Source: Octopus sinensis (taxonomy: Eukaryota). Taken from it: DNA of 64,000 bases. The stretch is from positions 50,976,464 to 51,040,463 of the forward strand of contig NC_043011.1 in the NCBI RefSeq assembly GCF_006345805.1, given 5' to 3'. How positions within the stretch are numbered: position 1 is the first letter of the stretch; each line of letters opens with the position of its first letter. The position numbers and the translations under genes were made by a program. Shown in pieces: positions 13,847-26,482 of this stretch. Under the pieces are notes generated by a model, which saw nothing but the letters and a program-made list of their open reading frames with translations, was not told where the DNA came from and made no database searches.

Positions 13847-14170
13847 CTTCAGACATTGGATGATGACGGCGATTTTTCCCCAGTTATTGAAAACGAGTAT
13901 GGCAAACTAGCCACATCTACCACCATCAGCGATGTACCATCCTAACTTCTCTAACAACATTTGGAAATCCCTTACGTCATTCTCGTCAGCCAACCAGCGA
14001 CGAGCGGCCACTTTGAAACGCCAATGGAAAAACATGGGCTTGTCTTCCGGGTTAGCAGTCGTCGTAGCAATCAGCTTGCTAGCAAGACGCGCCATCCAGT
14101 GTCGGTGGTGGTTGGCAAAGCTTGCAGCTGTGTTGCTGAGGTGATTCTCAAGCGAAAGCACACACCACCT
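13847..14170 (-). other. Candidate 5-prime exon or promoter-proximal region of an unidentified gene
   Basis: Locally GC/CpG-rich. Minus-strand ATG TCT GAA G|GTAAAT gives a start plus a good donor, with an in-frame stop upstream. CCAAT-like and TGACGTAA motifs nearby. No downstream exon identified; the same ttaccttcag also reads as a plus-strand acceptor. Confidence 0.22.
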
Positions 14171-16719
14171 TAATAATGGTTGTTTTGTATTTTAACTGCG
14201 GAAACTTAAAAAAAACGAGAACAATAATCTGATACAGATGTCGACTAAGGGGAGCCTTTCGAACACTTTAATCTGCTGGAGATAGCAACCAAATCTCACT
14301 CTAACCATCTGATTAAAAAGGAAGGACATTGTATAGACGTCGCAGCTAATAATATCACCACGCAGGCCATGAGAATAGTAACATTACTGCACACTACAAA
14401 CCAACTAAGCAGCCTTTCAGCAATAAGACATTTGAAATCGTGATATAGACGAAGGCGCCTCTCGATCGCTTTAATTTACAGGAGATAGCAACCAAATCTC
14501 ACCGTACCATTTGATACAAAGGAAGGACAGTGTGGAAGACGCGGTTAATATTACCATAGAGGCTATACCATACGCTATATGAGTGTAATAACATTAGTAC
14601 GAAACTATATAAACCAACAAGAAAATTATAGAAAAGGTTGATTGTCCAGTTCGAAATAGTGTTCATGTTTTAGTACCGAGTTAGCGCCAATGAAGTTAAC
14701 CGCCGATCGAAGACGTTCCTCCCATGACCGTCGCCCTCTCTCCTTCCTTTCTTTTACTTTCAGACAGTGTATCTAGAAACACGTTATCCATTTTTTAAAT
14801 TCTTTTTTCATAAAAAAAAAAGTTGGGTGTGATCTGAGAAAAAAAATTTGGTTGCGATTTCTAAACAGGTGACGCGATCATCGTTGGCGAAATTAGGATA
14901 CATCGTTAATCGACTGATGGTATCCTTATAAATTGTTTCAGTTAAATCAGATTACACACATACATATATATATATATATTACACACGCACACACACACAG
15001 AGACGTGTCAGGTATCAGGTTTCTGGGAGTGAAATAAATAAAAATAACCAGTGCAGTGCACTGAAATAAAACTAATTATCTTTGTTACCAACAAGAATAA
15101 TAATTCAGCAAAAAAAAAAAAAATTTTCATAATTTGATTTAGGAACCAAAAACGAGCAATCAGCCACCCGGATGATACCGCGGAAAGCATTCGGTCTAGT
15201 AAACATTTTGATTTGTATTGCATTTCTGCCTCGATTCTTCTTTGTTGCATGAAAGTGTGATGTAGCTACTTTGGTGAAGGATTGAAAATTGTTAGCAGCG
15301 TGTATGTATGTATGTATATATTTGGGTATGTGTGTGTGTATAAAATGTTGATTTAAATTTCTTATATATGGTCTTTTGTTTCTTTTCTTTTAGTTTATTT
15401 TAATAGTTAGGGTGGCAGAGGTTTGACATAAATCTTTCTTATAAACTGGGTGTGAAAGAACATTCGACGCTCATATTTTCTCACCGAAAATTGTTACGAA
15501 AGAATCGAGGCGACTGGGTTCGATAACAAGCAGTAACCCTCCTCCTCCTTCTTCTCATATTTGTTGCTAATGCACATATGATATGCATGTGCGCACTTTT
15601 ATACTACATTCAAATTTCGCTGCCGTGTACTAAACCGCATACGTACGTACATACATTTATTTATACTAGCAAGGAAAACCTTTTTCGAGAAGCAGGGTCG
15701 CAGGTTGCTCATGACTGATTTATACGTACATGCATGCATAGATACAGTTGCTTGAAATGGAATATATTTTTCATAATTTGATAGGAAAACAAAAAAAAAA
15801 CTTGACCAAATTGTACAGCATGAAGCAATAATGATATTCCAGCAAAGAGGTTGAAGACAGATAGTAATCTCCCAGGTATGGTAGGAAATGAAACAAAGAA
15901 GGCCAAGGATGCCACCCTGTTTATCACCACTGCCTGGATTTTGAATGGCTTTAGTATTGCAAGCCTTTAGACTAGATCTACCACCATCACTTTCCTTCTT
16001 TGCCATGGTTTTCTTGTATCAGTTGGAGTGGGTATCAACTGTGATCTGCAAAAGATCAGCAGAGATAATGGCCACAGATTATTCTCCCATACCTGCCATC
16101 AAACATTCTTTTGCAGTAGCATAAATCAGACTGGTCTTAGATGAAACAAACTCACACACATACCCAAGTGCATTCACAAGATATGGAACAAACAGAAACT
16201 GTAAAGGAAGAGAGTCGCTCAAGTTTTCACACAGGGCTCTATCGAGAACAATGTGGATGCAAACAAAATTCTAAATCATACAGCCATGGCTGAACCTTTA
16301 TCCTATTTTGTAGAATAAGGTGTAGTGTATTCTTGCGTTATCAAAGAAGTAAAATATTTGTCCATAACATGCTGCTTGAAAAGCAGAAGTAACAACAATA
16401 TCATATATATAATCATTTTAATGTTCACTTTTCCATACTTGTCTGGATCAGACAGAATTTGTTGAGGCTGGATGTTCTTTCTGTCAATAACCCTCATCTG
16501 TTTCGAAACTATTTTCATGAAAGATCAAACAACACTACTTGTATGACAGTGTCATTTACAATTATCATGCAATGTGAAGACATTGAGACATAAACGCATG
16601 TACATATTTAATGTGTTTGTGTGCATAAAAGGACAAGAAAGTAATATCTCATCCAAAAATGAAATTTTTTATAAAATTCAAAAAATATCAACTGGATTAT
16701 AGCTGGGAGATAACAGTTT

Positions 16720-17130
16720 ACTCAAAGTAGCTACCCTCATTTCCACTGTGGCCTCAAGACAGATCCAGAACCCGGTGCATGCGTTTCTTCCCTATGTCCC
16801 TGGGAGGATCTTTGAACACCTCCATGATCTTGGTCACCAGCTCAGCCTTGGTGTTGCAGGCAGAGCAGTTGGTGTCTTTCTCAACCACACTCTTCACATA
16901 GTAATCCATGGGGTTAAGTTGAGGGAATTAGAAGGAAAGAATTCGGTGCTGGTGAAGCAGAAATCCTCTCACGACCATTTCTGTCCCCTTTCCAGAGATA
17001 TGGCAAGGAGACAAATCCTGCTACCACACATGGCATTCCAGCAAGCAACCCTCTCCAGCCAGGGCTTGACCACAGTCTCCAGCAGTTTCATAAGGCTACA
17101 GAAGGAGGAAACAGTTGATTTAATAAGAAA
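16720..17130 (-). mobile_element. Tc1/mariner-superfamily transposase 3-prime fragment (maT/DD37D-like), decayed
   Basis: Minus strand gives frameshifted KLLETVVKPWLERVA..WQQD..SP..NPMDYYV..VVEKDTN.SACNTKAELVTKI.EVF, matching the DDD catalytic C-terminus of maT-type elements. Confidence 0.8.
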
Positions 17131-17423
17131 CCCCAGTGCATGGCTTGTACTTATTATATCAACCTGTCGTCTGCTTTGGGAAGAATGAAGACTGAATGGT
17201 TAAGTCAATCTAGGTAAGAATTAAATTCAGAGAATATTAGAATTTAACCAAATAATGATTTTTAACATAAGCACAAGATCAAGAATTTGCAAGGACGAAA
17301 TAGTCAATGAAATTTCTTTCTGTACTTAACTTTCTACATCTTTTATTAACATGAGAAGGACAAAAAGCTAATGAGAACCTTGGTAGAATTTGAATTCAGG
17401 ATTATAAACAAACAGAACGAATA

Positions 17424-17794
17424 GGCGCAGGAGTGGCTGTGTGGTAAGTAGCTTGTCTACCAACCGCATGGTTCCGGGTTCAGTCCCACTGCGTGGCACC
17501 TTGGGCAGGTGTCTTCTACTATAGCCTCGGGCCGACCAAAGCCTTGTGAGTGGATTTGGTAGACAGAAACTGAAAGAAGCCCGTCGTATATATGTATATA
17601 TATGTGTTTGTCCCCTAGCATTGCTTGACAACCGATGCTGGTGTGTTTATGTCCCCGTCACTTAGCGGTTCAGCAAAAGAGACTGATAGAATAAGTACTG
17701 GGCTTACAAAAGAATAAGTCCCGGGGTTGAGTTGCTCGATTAAAGGCGGTGCTCCAGCATGGCCGCAGTCAAATGACTGAAACAAGTAAAAGAG
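17424..17794 (+). mobile_element. Young full-length family A tRNA-derived SINE
   Basis: A-box TGGCTGTGTGGTAAG, B-box GGTTCAGTCCC, internal (TA)/(TG) tract, tail CCAGCATGGCCGCAGTCAAATGACTGAAACAAGTAAAAGAG. Confidence 0.9.
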
Positions 17795-18819
17795 TATCAC
17801 AAGGATTTTGACTGACACTCTAACAATACTGCCACCATCCATCACTCTCATATCATGAAGTAATTGCTTCTAACTCAGACAGGAGGCTAGCAATCTTTAG
17901 GGGTCAGTCAATTACTTCAATTTTAATGTCTGAAAGGATGAAATGCAAAGCTGACTTCAGCTGGATTTGGACTCAGAATCTAAAGAACCGGAACAAATCT
18001 GCAAAAATATTTTTGCCTGATGCTCTAACAATTCTGTCATAATCTACTACTCTCACATGATATGAAATAATATATCATGGGATATGCAATGACATATCAC
18101 ATGAGATATGCAATAAACAAACATGATTGGCACAAAATCAGGGCCATGCCAAGAAGTTAGGAATATGGATAAAAATATTGATCCTGATACATGTTTTTTA
18201 TTTTTATCAATGCTGGATTAATGACTGACTTTATCAATGCTGGATTGGAGTGATGAATTTGTAGAGTTGTTAGGTTGCTAGAGTGATGGATAGAATATCT
18301 TGCAGTATTTGTTTCAACCTTCTACACACTGAGTTGAAATCCCATTCATACCAACTGTACATATGAAAGGCTTCTTTCAGTTTCTGTCAGTCAAATTCAG
18401 CCACAAGGCTTTGGTCAGCCTAAAACTATAGTTGAAGACACCCTCGATGCCATAAAGAGGAGCTGAGCTCAAAATCATGTGGATGGGACACAAACTTCTT
18501 TACACATCTATGTTTGTACCTATCATCATTTTCAATTTGTTTTCTATGCTGATGAAGGTTAGACTGACCATCAAGGCTTGAATCACTTCTTATTGGGAGC
18601 AACTGCTCCTAAAGACTGGTGCGTTTCTTATGACTTGTTATCTTTCCCAGCTATAACCAATTTACAGAGAATACAATGTGCATTTTCTGATGGCACCGAC
18701 ACTAGAGAGATTGAATGCTCCCCTGAGAGACAGGACGTCACAAACCTACACTCTCTCTAACCTTTTAACCAACCACTTTACAGTGTGTAAACTATGTGGA
18801 AAGCCTTGTATACAATATT

Positions 18820-19950
18820 AATTTATTTGTTTCAGTCATTTGACTGATCATGTTGGAGCACCATCTTGAAGGATTTTAGTTGAACAGACCAACTTATCTT
18901 TTAAGCCTAGTACTTATTCTATTGGCCTATTTTGCTGAACTGCTAAGTTATGGGGATGTAAACACACCAACAGCAATTGTCAAGCGCTGATGGGGAGACA
19001 AATACAGACACACATATTATATATATATATATAAACACGATGGGCTTCTTTCAGTTTCTGTCTACCAAATCCACTCACAAGGCTTTGGTTGGCCCATGGT
19101 TATAGTAGAAGACACTTGCATAATGTGCCATGCAGTAGGACTAGCCCTGGAACTATGTGGTTGAGAAGAAAGCTTCTTACCATACAGCCATGCTTGCCCC
19201 TACACAAAAATCTACCCAGGTATGGCTGTGAAAAGGAAAGCTGAGTTCTGTGGTTAAAATGTTTGCTTTGTGGGTTTAGGGTTAAGTCCTACGGCATAGC
19301 ATCTTGGGTACATATCTCCTTATAGAGCTTCAGTCTGACCTAAGTCTTGGTAGGTAGAAACTTAAGGAAGCCTGTCATATGCATACAAGTGGATAGACAT
19401 AAAGTATGTATATGTTGATGTCTCCTTGGTGTGCTAGTTGTGAATGAATGTCACTTTCAAAAAACCTGTCCATTTGGTTGCAATTTTCCGTAAAAACATG
19501 TCTGGCCATTGTGCTGTTTGTGTAAAGATGACAAGCAGAAATATTAACTTACAAGAAAACCAGTGAAGATTATCAACAGAAAGAGCATTGTCCCTGTCTC
19601 TGCAAGAATGGAAAAGTGGGCATCAAAATGATGATGTTGATTATGGTCTCTCACTCTCACACACATTGAGTGGATTTGGTAGATAGAAACTGAAAGAAGC
19701 CTCTGGTATATATGTATATATATCTATGTGTGTGTGTCTTTGTGTCTGTGTTTGTCCCTCCACCATCACTTAACAACTAGTGCTGGTGTTTACATCCCCA
19801 TGACTTAGAGGTTTGGTAAAAGAGACTGACAGAATAAGCAACAGGCTTTTAAAAAATAAGTACTGGGGTTGATACATTTGACTAAAAATTCTTCAAGGTA
19901 GTGCCCCAGCATGGCCACAGTCTTATGACTGAAACAAGTAAAAGATAAAA
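18820..19950. mobile_element. Cluster of older family A SINE copies (18820-19195 minus; 19225-19560 plus; 19668-19950 plus)
   Basis: Diverged head and tail motifs relative to the young copies. Confidence 0.7.
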
Positions 19951-20046
19951 GATATCTGTGTGTGTGTGTACACATACACACACTTAGCACTTGGTTGGGC
20001 AACCTTTGGGAATGTGGAAAAGTCCTAAGGCTTCCATGAAGATTAA

Positions 20047-20266
20047 CCCTTTTGTTACTGTATTATTTTGAGATGCTCTGTGTTTCTTTCAATTATTTTA
20101 AATATAACAAAGAATTTAGTAAAATAACTTAGTTATCATTCAGCTAGTGTTAGGAACATAAATTGTGACTAAGGTTTGGTGGAAGATATTAATTCAAAAC
20201 TTATGAAAACAAGACATTTGTATTACAGAGCCAGACGCGGTTTCAGGCAGGTTGGTATCAAAAGGG
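20047..20266. mobile_element. piggyBac-type MITE, 220 bp
   Basis: Flanked by TTAA at 20043-20046 and 20267-20270; TIR CCCTTTTGWTAC with one mismatch; no coding capacity. Confidence 0.75.
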
Positions 20267-20278
20267 TTAAAAGAAAGA

Positions 20279-20700
20279 TCTTCAACATGTACATCCTGCC
20301 AGAGAAGATTTATGGTAGTGAAACATGGGTTCTCAAACACTACAACAATCACGAATGCTCTCATTGCAGCTCAATGGTAAACAGAACGAATCATGCTTGG
20401 CATTACATTGTGGGACAAGAAAACCAATGCTTGGATTCAACAGCACACGAGAGTCAACGACATCATAAGAACCACCAAAGATATTAATAAATATAGATAG
20501 GCTGGCCATATTGTTGCAACTGAAGGACAATCAGGGTTACAGAATGGACACAAAAATAATGGACAAGATCAAGAGGCTGATCAAAGACACTACCTGGGCC
20601 CTACATGGACATGACTGACCAGAGACAGCCAGCAGAGGAAGGAATCCAGGAAAGGGTTCATCACTCCTAAGGAGTGATGAAGCCCTAGATATTATTATAA
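20279..20700 (+). mobile_element. RTE-clade LINE remnant (RT C-terminal region)
   Basis: IFNMYILP..IYGSETW, then frameshifted MLGITLWDKKTNAWIQQHTRVNDII..KYR*AGHI..TEW, typical of RTE ORF2. Confidence 0.8.
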
Positions 20701-20854
20701 TTATAAAGGTGGTGAGCTGGCAGAATTGTTAGTACATCGGGCAAAATGCTTAGCAATATTTCGTTGGCCTGCTCACTTAATCAGCAGGAAGGTGTCATTC
20801 AAAGGCTAAAATGATGCAAAGCACATTGTGACCGGCGATGTGTAACAGCATCTG

Positions 20855-21218
20855 ATAGTCTGGTTGGTTGAGTAATATATATATATATATATATATATCT
20901 GCTGAGACCCCCTTCGGTCATGACTGAACATGGGATTGCACCTAGAAAGTTACCCTCCGAGGCAAGGTTGTTTATGGAAGACCAGCAGTCGCCCATGCAT
21001 ACCAGCCTCCCCCCACTCCACGCCACCAGTGTTATCCAATGGAAATCAAAGGCCAATAGAGCTTGGCACCTGTGACGTCACAACTCATTTCTACAGCTGA
21101 GTAAACTGGACCAACGTGAAATAAAGTGTCTTAAGAACGCAACCCGGTCTGGGATTCGAACTCACAACCTCATGATCATAAGCTCGACGCTCTAACCACT
21201 GGGCCATGCACCTTCACA
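20855..21218 (-). mobile_element. tRNA-derived SINE (second head type)
   Basis: Minus strand GGTGCATGGCCCAGTGGTTAGAGCG...GAGTTCGAATCCCAGACCGGG (A and B boxes), then ACACTTTATTTCACGTTG..CCAGTTTACTCAGCTGTAGAAATGAG central domain. Confidence 0.75.
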
Positions 21219-21280
21219 AACACACACATACACATCTTTATGTACACATGCATATAATTTTTGCAGAGTCAAAAAATTTA

Positions 21281-21420
21281 TGGCATTAGGAAGGGCATCC
21301 AGCCGTAGAAACACTGCCAGATCTGACTGGGCCTGATGAAGCCTTCTGGCTTCACAGACCCCAGTTGAACCGTCCAACCCATGCTAGCATGGAAAACGGA
21401 CGCTAAACGATGATGATGAG
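21281..21420 (+). mobile_element. RTE 3-prime-UTR-type element with (GAT)n tail (family C)
   Basis: GGAAGGGCATCCAGC...AACCCATGCTAGCATGGAAAACGGACGCTAAACGATGATGATG. Further copies at 24648-24797 (+), 32563-32722 (+), 58712-58860 (-), 60125-60535 (-). Some minus copies adjoin RTE ORF2 C-terminal codons (52400-52560, 32900-33015). Confidence 0.75.
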
Positions 21421-22294
21421 ATTACGTGATTGCGGAATGAGTGTGTAGTTCTTTCATTCGTATTACTAGAATTGGTAAGGTGATCACAAAATACCTTTCT
21501 GTATGTTGTTGTGCCTCTTTATAGTCTGAGTTCAAATACCACTGCAGGTGATACTTGCTTGTTATCCAAATAAGTATCAGTGATGTAGTGTGGTTTACAT
21601 ATTTGATTATTCTTCACCATCATCATCATCATCATCATTTTATGTCCACTTTTCCATGTTCACATGGACCAAACAGAATTTGTTGAGGCAGACATTTTTC
21701 TATGGCCTACTCTCACCTGTTTCCAAGCTAGCCAAAATTTTCCCATAACTAGACATGTCTTTCATGGAAGACTAGAAAGGCACAGCCTCACTTGTATGCG
21801 GATGATGCTCGTTTACAACCGTCAAACGATATCTGGACAAGGGTACAGACAAATACATGCACACACACACACACATGTTTCTTTCAGCTTCCATTCAGCA
21901 AATCCACTCATAAGGTTTTAGTTGACCCACAAGTATAGCAGAAGACACATGCTGAAGGTGGGATTGAACCTAAGACCACACGAATGGGAAGCAAGCTTCT
22001 TAACCACACAGCCGCTGCTGTTAATAAATTATGGCCGTGTGCCTATGTAAGAAATCAATATATTTGCAGTTTGCGATGTGTGCAATGCTGTGCTGCTGCA
22101 CATACAGCAAGCCAGTCCAGTCAATGCTGCTAAACATGAAGGAACACATGACAATGGTGGGGAAGGTGGTAGTTATTGCAGTGATAATGATGATGGTAAT
22201 ACAACGCACAGATACATACATACATATATATATATATTATATATAAACCAATTCATGGAAAAGACAGATACAAAAATGAACAAATACATTATAC

Positions 22295-22332
<38 letters not shown>

Positions 22333-22342
<10 letters not shown>

Positions 22343-22642
22343 TATTAAGTTGTCAGAGTAAATCTTCAACTTGCTATAAATACAAAATAGGCGATACGAT
22401 ATAATTCGGGAAAATCATTGTTGATGTTTTAATGATCATTCTTTCAAAATATAAAAGGAAAATAAAATGCACTTAAACACATATACATACAGGCAACCAC
22501 ACAGAGACAATGTGGTGCTGCAGGAAACCTGGCTGCGGTTACTAAGATGAAACCATTAGAAGACTCCGAGTGCAAATATGTATGTGAAAGTGGGCAGTGG
22601 CAATTTGAATGGGGTGGGTGTACACAAAATGAATATATATAT

Positions 22643-22690
<48 letters not shown>

Positions 22691-22977
22691 TATTAAGTTG
22701 TCAGAGTAAATCTTCAACTTGCTATAAATACAAAATAGGCGATACGATATAATTCGGGAAAATCATTGTTGATGTTTTAATGATCATTCTTTCAAAATAT
22801 AAAAGGAAAATAAAATGCACTTAAACACATATACATACAGGCAACCACACAGAGACAATGTGGTGCTGCAGGAAACCTGGCTGCGGTTACTAAGATTAAA
22901 CCATTAGAAGACTCCGAGTGCAAATATGTATGTGAAAGTGGGCAGTGGCAATTTGAATGGGGTGGGTGTACACAAAA

Positions 22978-23015
<38 letters not shown>
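22333..23015. repeat. 348-bp tandem duplication bounded by (TA)n/(CA)n microsatellites
   Basis: tattaagttgtcag at 22343 and 22691; copies differ visibly only at aagatgaaa/aagattaaa and in microsatellite length. Confidence 0.92.
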
Positions 23016-23028
<13 letters not shown>

Positions 23029-24984
23029 GTATATTGAAATGGAGGGAGACAGCATTACTACTACGAATATGTAAACTGACCTGCTGAATCCCATCCGAAC
23101 AAGAGAAGAAAATTCCATGGTTCATCAAGACATAGGTGTCGAATATTCAACTGGAGTGCAGTTTCCATGGTGTCTTTGCAGAACAAGTTAAGAGGACAGC
23201 CGTCTCGCTGCACAGAGTGAAGAGCCAGCCAGTTTGAGTCAAGCTAATTTGACAGCGACACAAGGTGAGGTTTTTCAATAAAGCTGGCTCTTTTGTCGAC
23301 TGATAGTAGATAGGTAGAGCACCTTTGATGGATGGATATAGAGTGGAGACAGCTGAGGATTTATATATATATATATAGTGATCATCGAAACAGAATGAAT
23401 ATACACTCAGTCTTACACACACACACTGATAAAATAAAATACACACACAAACATATAGATACATACATGCAAATACACTACACAAATATGCATGTATATA
23501 TATATATATATTCTCCCTTGTTTATAGGCATACACGTGGCTGTGTGGTAAGAAGCTTGCTTTTCAACTACTTGGTTCCAGGTTCGGTGGCACCTTAAGCA
23601 TATGCCTGCTACTATAGCCTTGGGCTGACCAAAGCCTTGTGAATGGATTTGGTAGACGGAAACTGAAAGAATGCTGTCGTATATATATATAGATATGTGT
23701 GTCTGGGGTCAATTTGTTCAACATGACCACAGTAAAATGAATGAAACAAGGAAAAGAATAAAAGAATATATACATATAGACACACAAATACACTTATAAA
23801 TATGCCATACACACACACACACACATATATGTGCTACATATAATACTCTGCCATCATTATGATGATGATGATCATCATCATCATCATAAGTCCATTTTTC
23901 CATTCTGACATTAATTTGATGTATCTTTCCATATCATGGCAATTTATTGTAGTCTTTTGTCATCTAGTATCTGGCAGCACAGAAAATTGGCCATCCTTGT
24001 GGCTTATGTTATAGTTTTTACAGCTTGATGCCCTTCCCATACTGTAAAGTGGGCTGGGTGCATTTTATTGGGCCACTGGGTACAAGAGAAAATAGCTGCA
24101 GCTGGAACAGAGTTGCTCTACCCAGAATAAGTATTTATATTCAGAATTAGTGCTCTCCTAGAAAGATTGCCGCCTCACCTGGGGTTGTTTTCAAAATATC
24201 CATAACTACCCACTTTGTTTCTTCCCATTTTTGACTTATTTTGTGTGTGTGTATATTGAAATGCAAGTTAGATAGTACATACACATCATAATTATATGTA
24301 CATTATATATATATACCAAATTAATAAATAAAACAAATGCATATATACATACATATATGTACGTACCTATATATACATGCATATATGGGTATAGGACACC
24401 AAAAAAAACGTTGAACACAATGAGAAACAAAAACATAAACACAAAACCAAGGAACTGGACATTTTTCTTAAACAACGAAAAAATAGAGTACAGGACAAAT
24501 AATATATATATATATATACACACATATGAAATTATGATAATTTCAATATCATGATTAGCGAAAGCGAAACAGGTCTCTTTCACTTATAAAATATAAATTC
24601 TGTGCATTTTCCTTCTTTTATTTTGTATATATATCACTACACTCACGGAGTGGTTGGCGTTAGGAAGGGCATCCAGCTGTAGAAACACTGCCAGATCTGA
24701 CTGGCCTGGTGCAGCCTTCGGGCTTCCCAGATCCCAGTTGAACCGTCCAACCCATGCTAGCATGGAAAGCGGACGTTAAATGATGATGATGATGATGGTG
24801 ATATATATATATATACATATATTTAGAATGTAAGGGGTTTGGCTCATTTGTGATCTAAACGAATAAGTATGTTGGGTAAGTGCTATAGTTGGTCGATCTT
24901 TAGGTTCCAAGATCACAACTAAGGCTGGGTTTAGGGACCTGTGTTAGGGTTCCGTTATAGTATGTATATATTGTATTAGAGTAA

Positions 24985-25871
24985 AAATCAAAACCAAGGC
25001 AGAACAAGTCTCTCAAGTCATTTAGAATAATTTAATTGGGGTAAGGTGAATTTGAAGTCTTACAGTTATTTCTGGGATAACCCAAGTAGTTGGCTAGCAT
25101 ATCTGTGCACGGGTGTTCCGTCATCAGACACGGCATGAATATTTTGGACGAGGAAAAATAAAATTCACAGTTTATAAGGAATAAAATAGTAAAACAGTGA
25201 TGCATATGCTCTTGGAAAAGATAAGTTAACATTCTTCTCCTCTTTTAGTCTTTTACTTGTTTCAGTCATTTGACTGCGGCCATGCTGGAGCACCGCCTTT
25301 AGTCGAGCAAATCGATCCCGGGACTTATTCTTTGTAAGCCCAGTACTTATCCTATCGGTCTCTTTTGCTGAACCGCTAAGTGACGGGGATGTAAACACAC
25401 CAGCATCGGTTGTCAAGCAATGCTAGGGGGAGAAACACAGACACGCAAACACACACACACACATATATATACGACAGGCTTCTTTCAGTTTCCGTCTACC
25501 AAATCCACTCACAAGGCATTGGTCGGCCCGGGGCTATAGCAGAAGACACTTGCCCTAGATGCCACGCAGTGGGACTGAACCTGGAACCATGTGGTTGGTA
25601 GCAAGGTACTTACCACACAGCCACTCCTGCATATATTCTTCTAACAACTTTTATTCTTTATAAACTGTGAATTTTATTTCTTGTAAATTGTAAATTTTCC
25701 CTGTCTAAAATATTCATACCATGTCTTTGATGACAGAATACCCAGTGCACAGATATGCTAACCAACCACTTGGGTTATCTCAGCAACAGCTCTAAGACTT
25801 CAAATTCACCTTACCCTAAAGAAATTATTCTAAATGTCTTGAGATGCTTGTTCTGCCTTGGTTTTGATTTT
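24985..25871. mobile_element. Foldback MITE with ~210-bp terminal inverted repeats, interrupted by a SINE
   Basis: 24985-25190 (aaaatcaaaaccaaggcagaacaag...cacagtttataag) matches the reverse complement of 25648-25871 at roughly 85% by eye. Confidence 0.8.
25249..25630 (-). mobile_element. Young family A SINE inserted in the foldback MITE
   Basis: Full head, body and tail in reverse orientation. Confidence 0.9.
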
Positions 25872-25889
25872 GCCACTAATATATCAGCA

Positions 25890-26095
25890 AGCTGGCCGAA
25901 TCGTTAGCAATGCCTAGTAGTATTTCGTCTGCCGCTACATTCTGAGTTCAAATTCCGGTGAAGTTGACTTTGCCTTTCATCCTTTTTCGGGTCGATTAAA
26001 TAAGTACTAGTTACACACTGTGGTCGATGTCATGGACTTAATCCCTTTGTTTGTCCTATCTATGTTTAGCCCCCTGTGGACAATAAATAAATAAA
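25890..26095 (+). mobile_element. Meta-domain-like SINE (family B)
   Basis: TTCTGAGTTCAAATTCC..TTGACTTTGCCTTTCATCCTTT..GGGTCGAT central motif resembling the MetaSINE domain; tail ...TTTAGCCCCCTGTGG..AATAAA. Other fragments at about 17930-18040, 20704-20780, 34255-34380, 37120-37270, 38975-39075. Confidence 0.7.
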
Positions 26096-26096
26096 T

Positions 26097-26482
26097 AGGA
26101 GTGGTTGTGTAGTAAGTAGCTTGCTAACCAACCACATGGTTCTGGGTTTAATCCCACTGCGTGGCACCTTGGGCAAGTGTCTTCTGCTATAGCCCCGGGC
26201 CGACCAATGCCGTGTGAGTGGATTTGGTAGACAGAAACCGAAAGAAGCCTGTCGTATATATGTATATATATATATATATATGTATGTGTGTTTGTCCCCC
26301 TAGCATTGCTTGACAACCGATGCTGGTGTGTGTTTACGTCCCCGTCACTTAGCGGTTCGGCAAAAAGAGACCGATAGAATAAGTACTGGGCTTACAAAGA
26401 ATAAGTCCTGGGGTCGATTTGCTCGACTAAAGGCAGTGCTCCAGCATGGCCGCAGTCAAATGACTGAAACAAGTAAAAGAGT
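26097..26482 (+). mobile_element. Young family A SINE
   Basis: Full head, internal (TA)n and tail. Confidence 0.9.

Noticed and set aside
15900-16160. Possible R4/Dong-like LINE relic (LIYATAK..., KPWQRR)
   Set aside because: Two short motifs only; too weak to call without a profile search.
21330-21360. CUGAUGA-AGCC(UUCU)GGCU hairpin; similar partial cores near 35555 and 37885
   Set aside because: No GAAA box after the stem; these are variants of family C or D repeat sequence.
22490-22640. Wnt-like AAG..AVT...WGGC..N peptide
   Set aside because: Conserved Wnt cysteines and spacing are missing, the acceptor is poor, and an overlapping frame has a LINE endonuclease-like LQETWL motif.
23182-23264. 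Exon-like segment with good AG/GT signals on the plus strand
   Set aside because: Stop codons in all three frames; could only be non-coding, and nothing else supports it.
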